This document shows positions 1-9,713 of a DNA stretch of 31,423 nt, one piece after another. Both the position numbers and the translations under genes were made by a program. Numbering within the stretch: the stretch's first letter is position 1; every line of letters starts with the position of its first letter. The notes beneath the pieces are model-generated. The model ran no database searches. It was not told the origin of the DNA and was given only the letters and a program-made list of their open reading frames with translations. The DNA is from Vitrella brassicaformis CCMP3155 (lineage: Eukaryota > Protista > Chromerida): positions 1-31,423 of the forward strand of contig CDMY01000682.1 in the NCBI GenBank assembly GCA_001179505.1. Direction: 5' to 3'.

Positions 1-1475
1 CCGTCGGATGGGGCTCATCCGGCCTTCAACTCGCCTCCCTCTCCCTCTTCCACTCGGTGCATGAGGCCACTCGGGGGTCGGTTATGTGCGACGACCTGGA
101 CGGCTTCCTCTCGGCCTTCAAGGAGAGGCATCTGGTGCCGCTGGAGAAGACCACCCTCGGGCAGCCCAACGCATCGTCGACAGAGCAGTTCTACTGTGTC
201 AAGCCGTCGAGTGAGCGATTTGCCTTAGAGGGGTGTGGGGAGTGCCGCGGGCCGCCGAGCGTCGCGTTGCTGTTCCTTGCGAAAGACAAGGTGCCGTTCG
301 GTCAGCTGTGGGCGGACTGGCTTGGCCTGGCCAGCGACAGGCGCAAGTTCACTGTCTATCTGCACCGGCACGACAACGCCACTGCGGCCCTTCATCCGCT
401 GTTCAATGCCTCGCTCATCGAGCCGGTCGGCACGAGCTACGGCAGCTTCATCCTGGCGGAGAACGCCCTGTGGCGGGCCGCCCTTCGCGACCCGTGCAAC
501 CAGATGATGGTGCTCCTGAGTATCACTCACGTCCCCGTGTCACACCCGGATGTCGTCTACGACGTGCTCTTCGAGACGAGAAGCGATGACATGGGCGGCC
601 TGCCGACCAGTAGAATATGGTAAGGCAGGCAGCCGCATACAGTGATGGGGATGAGGGAGGTAGCCGAATGATTTTCGCGTGTTCTGTTCAGTTATCACGA
701 ATATCGATTCATGAGGGCGGGGCCGGACCGGAGGGAAGCGGGTGTGGTCGCGTCCACGGCAGCAGCCCCTTCGTGTCAAGACGCGCTGAGTGACTCTGCA
801 ATCGGTAGGATTGTCCGTGTTGGGTGAGTACACTAGAAGAGACAAGGAAATGGATCCTCCTGTGTGGTCACAGATCGTAAGCACATGCAGTGGCGGACGT
901 ACAACCGTTACCACGCCGTCCTTACTGCCGCTCAAGGCCTCAACTTCCCTTACGACGGTGTGCACAACTGGAACAAAGCCATCAATTCCGCCCCCGATGA
1001 GTGGTTCCCGCACCACGTGTTGAGGCGCACGCTGGGCAACAAGGCTGTCTGGAAGCAGGTAATGAGAGGGGTGCCCGTCTGGCGACACACACATGGTGCG
1101 TGTGTAATGCTGTCATTCTCGCAGGTCAACGGTGGTCTGGGTGACTGGAGCCAGCAGAGGGAGCCCCACATCGAAGAGCTCTTCTGTGACACTCACATGT
1201 GCTGGAGCTGGCAGAAGACGAAAGACGCCTGCGGTCTAGGGGTCGCGACACAGTGCAGCCGCCTCGGGCCCCTGTGTTACACTCAGCTCAAGCTTGGCAA
1301 GCTGAAGGAGCTGATCAGGAGCCGCCATCCGCTGTTCTTCCGGAAGGTGCTGCCCAATGCCACCGTGATCATCGACTTCAACAAGAGAGAGGTGGGGCTA
1401 GTGGGTGAGCTACTGCTGCCTCTGATAAAGAATGTGAGTGGGACAGATCTAGCCGGCCGCCAGATAGGTGGCTAG
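1..1475 (+). CDS. Core-2/I-branching (Branch, DUF266/GT14-like) glycosyltransferase, 5'-partial, multi-exon (approx. <1-619, 691-~804, 874-1058, 1124-1475)
   Basis: Translation has VALLFLAKDKVPFGQLWADWL..FTVYLH..ENALWRAALRDPCNQMMVLLS..HVPV, then KHMQW and DEWFP, matching the motif order of plant DUF266/BC10-type GT14-like proteins. The frame is open back to the window start. GT-AG introns with compatible phases join the exons. Confidence 0.8.
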
Positions 1476-1920
1476 GGCGTAGAAATGTCCCTTGTGTATT
1501 TTTGTTGTCTTTCTGTATTTGTGTCTCGTGACTTATGGAGCCTCCTCGTCCGTAGCTCGGGCTTGCCCATCTGTACTGTGTAGCATATGATGCGTACTGT
1601 CTCTGTCCTGTGTATTTCCCTTCTTTCGTAGCGCAACGCCTCGTCTGTACTCACACACATGTAGAAACACGAATTTTCTGCCGGTCGGACATTCAGAGAT
1701 GCATATACAGTGGTTGACACGAGGTGATGTGGTATGATATGTATTTGTCTGTTCGTTTGACAAGCAAGCAATCGAGTCGCCAACGAATAAGGGGCTTCCA
1801 AAAGGCATTTTGTTTGTGGAAAATCCAGTACGGTGTATGAGAATCCGAAACGATGAATGAGCCTGCATCTTGTGGGCACCCTTTTTCACATCGAGGAGAC
1901 CCGCTTCATTTGATTTGTGT

Positions 1921-2040
1921 GCTCGTGCGAGCGTCGTGGTCATCAATTTCAAGCAGAGGGAGGTGGGGCTGGTGAGCGAAATGCTCCTGCCTCTGATCCG
2001 GGACAACAGCCAACACACTGTGCAGTCAGCCGTCAGCTAG
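1921..2040 (+). pseudogene. Orphan diverged copy of the Branch/GT14-like C-terminal coding segment
   Basis: VVINFKQREVGLVSEMLLPLIRD (then NSQHTVQSAVS*) aligns with VIIDFNKREVGLVGELLLPLIKN at ~1365-1435, 15/23 identical by manual alignment. An in-frame stop lies upstream near 1857. Confidence 0.7.
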
Positions 2041-2256
2041 ATCGGGCGGCTCGGGTGTCGTTCGATATGTCATTTGAATGATTAGTTCACGTATTGCTTA
2101 TTTGCACACTATTTAGACAATGTGTGGTATCGAAGGGAGTGTGGAGTGTGGAGTGTTTTTTGAGTACGTGTACCTATTTGTGAAGGTGTCTCGTATGCAT
2201 ACATATGGCGTCGGTACGGTTCCCATACACGTAGCTCAAAGTTTCTACCGTCGCTT

Positions 2257-2342
2257 ACACACACATATACACATGTACATATACATTTGCATATACACAT
2301 GTACATGTGCACAGGTATATATATGTACATGTACATGTGTGT
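2257..2342. repeat. Alternating purine-pyrimidine mixed microsatellite (CA/TA/TG; ACATGT units)
   Basis: Almost uninterrupted RY alternation, e.g. acacatatacacatgtacatatac...gtatatatatgtacatgtacatgtgtgt. Confidence 0.85.
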
Positions 2343-2414
2343 CGACGCAACAAGACCCGATACGTATACGTATTTGTCCATGCTTGGTGAACAAGCGAGA
2401 GTGCAGCAATTGCA

Positions 2415-4760
2415 AAGCAGTGGTATTAATTTGTATTCGTTGGCGCGACAGTGAGCGGAGAGACACATGACGGCATACACACTGACAAGATGCTCTTGAA
2501 TGACTCTTTGCATAAACAAATGAACGATAGGCTGCTTGCTTTGCTGCTTCTTTTCCCACGGCTTCACGTCATTCATCGCCCTCCACAGAATATAGGAGCA
2601 AGGGCCATGCTTCCGTGCCTCCGCAGGCTGATCGATTGGAAACGCTACATAGAAACTTCTGCTCACTTCATTTCTTTTGCCCGAGCATTTGGACTGCATT
2701 GGTGTCTCCGTCCTTCACACATTTGCACACGAAAAGACACAGACAGGAAAACACATCGGCCTCACGGCACAAAGGTACGAACACGTATGGTCTATCCGAC
2801 ACACAAAGTACATCAGACACAAGACTGGGCACCCAACAGACAGACAGAGATCTGTGTGTGCACGCAGGCGTGACAAGACGTGCACTCACACATCAGCCAG
2901 CTGGCTATAGCTGTGGCCTCGGAACCCCTAAAGCACCAAACGAACACACTACACGACGCCTTCGCCTTTCAGCACACATGGATGGATGGTACGGATAAAG
3001 GTCTTTCCCCTGCCGGCCTGTTTTGAGCCGGGCAGGAGCAAGAGAGGCAGCAGGGTAGCATCGACAAGGAGACACACAACCACACACACACACACACACA
3101 CACACAGACAGAGAGAGAGAGAGAGACACATACACACGAACCCCGCTTTACACATGAAGGCAAGCAGTGGTATGGCCAGCGGAAAAACCACATGGGTGCA
3201 TGTCCGGCCTGCGAGTGTTGGGAGGCAAATCCCGTCAAGTCACAGGCATGCAGGCTGTGCACAGCGGCTGCTCTCGTACGAACACTCTGGGCCCCACTTC
3301 AAAAACTGCACCCAGGACACACTCACACTCACACACATACACATACACATCGATGAACACATACACAACAAAATGCCACGAGAGGTCAAAAGTGCGCGAA
3401 GGACATGGTGCGGAAACAAAGGAAAAGGAAAACAGAGTGGCAAAAGGTGGACAATGCGAACCACAGAAATTGATTCACTGACAAGGAAGTCACGTATTAA
3501 AAGAGACCATGCCGAGATACCTCAGTATTGGTCAAGAAAGTTGTTGTTCTGCCCACGAGGCACGGGAATCGTGACTGCAGACACACCCAACGAAGCCACA
3601 GGAAGTAAGAGACATTCTCCTTTCTCCCTCTCAGGTCTGCTGCGCAGCTTACAGTGCACTTCGATGTCCTTGCCCTCGATCTCTCTATTGAACGGCGTCG
3701 CTGCGAGTGTGTACATGCCCGGCGAGCCGATGGCCTCACTGGCGGCTTTGGTGAAGGGTGCTTGCAGAGCCATCGTTTCCGAGCCAGCGGGCGGCTCGCT
3801 GTTGCCGAAGGCCGTAAATGCTTGATCCTTGGCGCCCTGGGTGGCCCTCTCGAGATAGGGAGGATCTCGTATGCTGAGCAGCAAGGACATCAAATTGTGC
3901 GTGTGAGGACGTGTGCGTGTGTGTGGGTGCCTTACGTGTCCCAATCCATGAAGTTTCCCTTACACACCACACACAACAGAGCCAGAGCAAACACGTATCA
4001 TCAAGTACGATTCATAAGTGTCTCTGCCCACTTGGTAGTCAAAGAGGAGGAACTGGACGGCTGTGACGCAGGCCGACTCGGGGACGGCCGTGAAGGTGAA
4101 GTCCATACCCATCTCAGCGGGCACCACAAAGTCAGTCGTGCCGTCTTCTATCACCTTGGCGCTGCCCTCGGACTGCCCTCTCTTGACGTCCACCAGCTGG
4201 AAGCCGGCAAGGGACGGAGTGACATCTGCAGACAGAGAGCGGCCACACGGAGAGAGAGATGCACGAGACAAGTAGGTGCATGGAGCTGCGAACACTGACC
4301 TGTGCAATTCTGAGCTGTGTTTGCAATCAGGAGCGACACACACAACGCACAACGTGAATGGCGGCCATCGATCTCATTTGCCCTGTGCTTCCCCGTTACC
4401 TTCGCCTGTTGACGCATCCTCCCCTTCCTGCTTCAGTGTCAGGACGATGCTCTCAAGAACGTCCCCTGGCACGCCGTCTGAAGGGGGAAGACGTTCGAAG
4501 ACGTGGGAAGTGTATGTACAGCGAGGGGCCCTCGGTTACCTTTTTCTGTGCCTGTGTCAGTGTCAGTATCTCTGTCAGTGTCTGTGACTGTGACTGTGAC
4601 TGTGTCAGAATCTCTGTCAGTGTCTCTGCCTTTGTCAATGATAACAGTCACTAAGTCTTTTACGCCGTCCACTAAGTCGTCTAGGTCCTTCGGTTCCTTT
4701 GTCGGGTCCTGCTCTTCCCATTCGTCTGCTGCGACGGCAAGCCCGAGCAGGGCGAGCGAC
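2415..4760. repeat. Inverted segmental duplication arm; partner ~29110-31423
   Basis: The window end (31423) reverse-complements to aagcagtggtattaatttgtattcg at 2415. Similarity continues through the non-coding flank and the unknown secreted protein gene. Confidence 0.9.
3081..3127. repeat. (CA)n(GA)n compound microsatellite
   Basis: cacacacacacacacacacacacacagacagagagagagagagagac. Similar tracts occur at ~15705-15722, ~15933-15971, ~20568-20606 and ~30700-30730. Confidence 0.9.
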
Positions 4761-4795
4761 AGCAGGGTGGCAAGAGAAAAGACCCGAAGATGCAT
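3522..4795 (-). CDS. Unknown secreted protein, copy A1: signal peptide, Asp/Thr low-complexity linker, ~130-aa beta-sandwich-like domain; multi-exon with 15-nt and 23-nt micro-exons
   Basis: MHLRVFSLATLLSLALLGLAVAA|DEWEEQDP is a signal peptide. Spliced product continues ...DGVPGDVLESIVLTLKQEGEDASTGE-AQNCT-DVTPSLAGFQLVD...AVQFLLFDYQ-GNFMDWDT-IRDPPYLE...GMYTLAATPFN...EVH-FTIPVPRGQNNNFLDQY*. Splice sites are largely conserved across the three paralogues. Confidence 0.75.
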
Positions 4796-4896
4796 AGCGA
4801 GAACGAGGACGGAACACGGCAGACCTTAATATCGTATGGGGACCTGAACCTTTTTCCGTGCATGTACGGGGAACGCGTAAACTCAGTGGGCACAAA
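4796..4896. promoter_or_regulatory. Putative bidirectional promoter (A1 / ASST copy 1), 101 bp between start codons
   Basis: Divergent ATGs at 4795 (-) and 4897 (+). Function is inferred from geometry only. Confidence 0.45.
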
Positions 4897-7800
4897 ATGG
4901 CGGCCTCGCTGGTTGCCGTTCTCCTGTGGTCGTCTCTCACGACGGCCTCAGCAGATGAGCACGAGAGAAGCTTCCTTTCTTCTTCGGCCGCAGAGGGCAT
5001 GGCCGCGGCGGTGGATCAGGCGCCGTCCTCCTTTCCATCATCTCCGTTTGTCGTGGAGGGGGCTGTGCGTCCATGGGGCGATGGGCTGTTCGAGTACATG
5101 CATCCCCGGCCAGGGGCGCTGCACGTGTCGGAGCTGACGTCAATTGCAGTCCGGTGATGCACAGCAAAGATGAGACACTCGTTTCAGTGTGCGTGTATGT
5201 CCCGTTTGTCGGTGTATTTCCCGTCAGGGAGGGCGATTTGGTCATCCCCACTGATCTCGACGCACTCTTTGATGTGAAGGGCCGGCAGAGCGGCAAGGTG
5301 GATGGCCGCGTCGTCCTTGCACGCGACAACAAGACGGTGCTCTTCTATCCTGACAAGCCATTTGTCCCTGGCGACAGCGTCACAGTCCAGCTGCGGCCCG
5401 GCCTCCGAGTGCGGCGCTCTGACAACGGCAGAGAGGAGGAGGCGGGCGGACACGAATGGCAATTTCACATCAGAGGCNNNNNNNNNNNNNNNNNNNNNNN
5501 NNNNNNNNNNNNNNNNNNNNNNNNNNNNNNNNNNNNNNNNNNNNNNNNNNNNNNNNNNNNNNNNNNNNNNNNNNNNNNNNNNNNNNNNNNNNNNNNNNNN
5601 NNNNNNNNNNNNNNNNNNNNNNNNNNNNNNNNNNNNNNNNNNNNNNNNNNNNNNNNNNNNNNNNNNNNNNNNNNNNNNNNNNNNNNNNNNNNNNNNNNNN
5701 NNNNNNNNNNNNNNNNNNNNNNNNNNNNNNNNNNNNNNNNNNNNNNNNNNNNNNNNNNNNNNNNNNNNNNNNNNNNNACGGGGGACGAGGAGCTCTATTT
5801 CTTCGGCGTTGGACGGTATTTTGCAGACGAAATCGGCCAGAGCGTCATCACCACTCGAGAGGTACGTCATGTGTCCATCTGCACTGATAGGTGACGCCGA
5901 TGTATCTTGCTGTATGCACATGTAGGGTGACTTGGTCTGGTGGACTCAAGAGGTGGGGAAGGGGGGCGGCATGCTCGGGGTAACGCCAAGGGGCCATCTA
6001 GTCCACTGGGACAAACAGCCTAACGACACGGCCGAGACTGCATACGAGCTGAATTCGACTTATCAGGTGGTCGACAGGCACCAGACCGGTATGCAGACGA
6101 TGTCCTGCGCGGGACGGGGCCAGACGAATGTGTCTGCAGGTCATGGATATCAGCTGGACCGTCACACCATCTCCTTCGACGGCGACAGCGCCATCTTGGT
6201 GGCCTACACTAAGACCAACGGCACAGTTCACAACGGTTTGCAAGCACAGAGCTGCTTGTCTCATCTTTTGACACATCTCTTCTTCTGCTGTGCAGTGGTG
6301 CACGTTCTCGACGCTGACAAGTGGGCAAACGGGAGGACGATTGTCTCATTCATGTACGGACCGCTACGTGTTGCAGGAATGTCCTACTGGAGTGGAGGAC
6401 CATTGATGACTTCATTGGAGCGGCCGACCCTACTCTCGCGGAAGCAACAAAGGATCCAGAAGATGTAAAGGAGAGGCTTGTTTCAGACGTATCGATCGCT
6501 CACTCAACAATTGTGTCTCCGTCTGTCGCTCTGTGCGTTGTGCGCCAGGCCTATCACACCAACAGCGCCGAGCGGACGCCGGACGGTGAGCCGCGCTCGA
6601 CAGGGCACACATCTGGAGATGATGGCTTTTTGCTGCAGGGAACGTAATCGTCTCCATGCGCAACTGTAATCTCGTCCTGTTGCTGAGCGGCAAGACGGGC
6701 CAGATCCTGTGGCGCATGGGAGGCCACACGAAGTACGTCAGTGCAGCTACTTGTGTCCTTGTGCAGCGCCTGTTTGCGTGTGCCATGCAGTGACTTTACT
6801 TTCATCGGCGAAGACATGGATCCCCCATTCGTTGGCCAACATGATGTTCAGCAACTAGCGGACGGCAACATCCTCATGTCAGAAAGATGGCAAAGATAGA
6901 CACAAGAGCCAGTCACCTGTGGACGATGCCCATATGCGGCATGGCATGTAGGTATGACAATGGCCTTCAGAGGGGCATTGGCGGGACACGGCCTTCTAGG
7001 GCTCTCGAGCTGAGTCTTGACCTGAACAAGATGACTGCCACGAAAGTCTGGTCCTTTACGCATCCGAACAAGTGAGGAATCCACTCGCAGGATAGGTCAT
7101 GAGTCTCGTCGTTCTTCGTGTCTGTGCAGAATGAAAAGCTTCTGCTGCGGAGGGGTCCAGAAGGTCGACAACGGAGAGTAAGATAGTAGGCGCGCTCAGT
7201 CATGGAGTGATGCACATTCTGTCTTTGTGTCAGGGGCAACCCACCGACCATGCTAATAAGCTGGGGCTACACTGGTCCATTCTTCACTGAGGTGACTTAC
7301 GAGGAGAATCCGACCATAATTCGCGAGTTCGAGGGTCTCGACGGCCACCGAGGCCTTCTCCAGAGCTGGGAGGGCTTTTCGACGGAGCGGCCGCGGCTGC
7401 TCCTCTGCAGCGACGCCAACACGCAGGCGAGTGGCGGCCAGCCGTCGATCGCCCGGCTGCAGGACTGGACCATGCACTTCTCATTCAATGGCGTCACAGG
7501 TAGGCACGCAGAGACACTACACGCAGGCAGTAATCGATGGCCTTCTGTGTAGGGATCAGCAAGTGGAGGCTGTACATCGGCGCTGACAGTGATGTGCCGC
7601 TCAGCCGGCACCTGATGGAGCGCAGCAAGACCGCCTTCGAGGAGATCATCACACTGCAGGAGCTGGTCGACACCATGGCGGCCCGGAACGTGACTCTGAC
7701 GACAGACAGCAACGCCAACACGACCGACGTGGCCTTGTATGTGCGGGTGGTGCCGGTCAAGGGCGATAGTGAGCTGCTCAGGCCATCCAAGGCACTCAAG

Positions 7801-8224
7801 GGTATGGCGGCCACACGAAATGTAATACAGACCATTGTGGGTGTGTCTGTGTGTGTGTCTGTTGCCTGCAATCAGTGCCGCTGGTTGTGTCGTCTCGCGA
7901 CGAGGAGAGTGGTGCTGTGAGTGTGTCCCCTCCCCGCTCTGCAGTGCCCTGCCGCTGCTACCAGCCCGACATCGGCCTGAGGGAGCACCTGGGCAGACCA
8001 AAGCCGGAGCGGGAGAGCCCCGTTGTGGACATGGTGGCCGTCAGTGAGTGCGCCAGGGCATGTGCCGACAGCGACAAGTGCGAGACATTCTTTTTCTTCG
8101 AAGACACCGGCGAGTGTCAAATGGACGAGAAGAAGCATGAGGGACGCTACGGCAGGACGGATCTCCACTCGCTCGGAGGGGTCGTCTCTGGCCGGAGGAA
8201 CTGCATGTACGAGAGGCTGGCGTG
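4897..8224 (+). CDS. Secreted aryl-sulfate sulfotransferase (ASST / Arylsulfotran_2-like), copy 1, with N-terminal Ig-like (Big_5-type) and C-terminal PAN/apple domain; multi-exon, spans an N gap
   Basis: Signal peptide MAASLVAVLLWSSLTTASA. Ig-like segment FEYMHPRPGALHVSELTSIAVR..VLFYPDKPFVPGDSVTVQL. ASST motifs in order: DRH, YHTNS, NVIVSMRNCN, ILWRMGG, GQHDVQQL, YDNG, SRALELSL, ISWG, FSFNGVT..W...KTAFEE. C-terminal ECARACADSDKCETFFFFEDTGEC...VSGRRNC is an apple-type Cys pattern. Confidence 0.85.
5478..5777. other. Assembly gap (300 N)
   Basis: N run. The paralogous interval 12504-12695 implies only ~192 bp are missing. Confidence 0.98.
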
Positions 8225-9713
8225 AAAAATGCCGACCTTGAAGATGGAACGAGAGGCCTGTCTATTTCCTGTGCTCTTGCGCTCCATGTGTTCGTATCTG
8301 CTGCTGCTGTTGCTGCCTCATCTTCGCCCTTTTCGCTGGTTGCATGGACGATTAGATGGGAGAGGGGGAGACACCTGAGGCCGAGTATGTGTGTACACTG
8401 CTGCTGTGCGTATCGATTTGTCCATGTTCGACTGCACATTTAGACAGACGAATCGATGGGTTGCTCACTCGGGCATTCATTGTGTAGTACGTGCCCTCTG
8501 TAGGATCGATGGCTGTTTTTAATCTGTATTTGTAGAGCCGTTTTCATTCGATTTGTATTTGTTCGTTCATGCTGTCTCCTCACATATATGTACACAACTC
8601 ATGTACGTGCACACTTATTCGTTTGCAACTGTCTGTCCGTGGGGAATTGTGTCCTGTCAGTTCGGCACCCAATCTGACGCTGACGGAACACATTCGGTTT
8701 TTCTTCCAAGGGGGGCCGGGCAGGGTAGAAAGACATGCTGTTTGATAAAAAACACTGTCCCGATATCTTGGAACCATGAATGATATAAACTCTTCGAGCT
8801 CCCCCCCCCTGCCACGAACCAGCCACACAACCGACGTTCTCCGCCTTAGCAGAGAGGGTGAATTTTTTCGCCGCTTTGCTGATCTTGAGAGGTCTCAAAG
8901 TCACCGTCTGATTTGTGGACTGCTAATACGAAAAAATGTGAATCACTCCCGTCGTCAGCCCATGGCGGGAATCCATTGACTCATAGCGCAACGGCAGGCA
9001 GAGTCTGTCGGTCTCTCATGAAATGACTGCGTCAACAGTCAAGGAATCAATGATAGATCTGTCCAGTGATGAATCACTGCATCACTGCAGGCGCCTGCTT
9101 CGTATGTGCTGAGTGAGAGACGCCAGTGATCCTGGCCTGGATGGCCACGACGACGGCAGGTCACATGGGTGTCTCACATCAGAATGCAGTTCAAAACAGT
9201 CCATGTGGCGCTGGATGCTTTCATGCTTTCTCGACCTGCCGCCCTCTTTTTTCTGGTGCCTCGTCCACGATTCTGCCCTTGACCCGCTCCATTTAATTTG
9301 TGTGCTCGTGCAAGCGTCACACAAGTACACTATCCGTCCTTCCACTTTCCCCACATAAAGCCAAGACGAGGAACACACAAACATCTCTGACATCTCTCAG
9401 CTGACACATTCCCCGCGCCCATAAAGGACCGACAAGCGGATACAGGGGGAGGCACACATGGCACACATCCACATCGGCACAAGAAGAGCCAAAAACCACG
9501 CGAGGACAAAATTAGCACTTGGTTTTCTCGCAGGGCATTGCATGCGCCCAAGAATTCCTCGCTGTCCCTTCCCCGTCAATGTGCATCCGGTACGCAGACA
9601 CTAATCAAACACCACCGTACGTGACGAACAAAAGGGAGCTCACGCACGAAGCCACCAGGCAGACATCGTCCGCCAAAACCAATGTCACACTGCAAACAGG
9701 ACTCAAAGACCCA

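Noticed and set aside
2109-3500. Numerous 60-280 aa ORFs rich in C/V/H/T (also 19500-20700 and 30300-31338)
   Set aside because: They are translations of (CA)n/(GT)n/(GA)n microsatellites. Frames are not conserved between the duplicated arms and no motifs are present.
4439-4795. Reading A1 exon 1 as a complete 118-aa peptide ending FLRASS*
   Set aside because: A donor (AAAG|GTAACC) and an in-phase acceptor (TTCAG|AC) link it to the downstream exons. The donor is conserved in A3.
5073-5925. Long ORFs spanning X runs (also 12850-14104 and 16383-17723)
   Set aside because: They are artefacts of reading through N gaps and introns. The real coding parts are covered by the spliced models.
8680-8900. 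IRFFFQGG and RRFADLE on the + strand echo TMFFQGG and NRFADLE in the GT47 gene
   Set aside because: The order is reversed relative to GT47, stops intervene and the matches are too short. Treated as chance unless tBLASTn shows more.
9082-9580. Short ORFs between ASST copy 1 and the PLOD-like 3' end; considered as a detached lysyl-hydroxylase exon or a transposon relic
   Set aside because: I see no HxD...H 2OG-Fe(II) motif and no transposase or RT motif.
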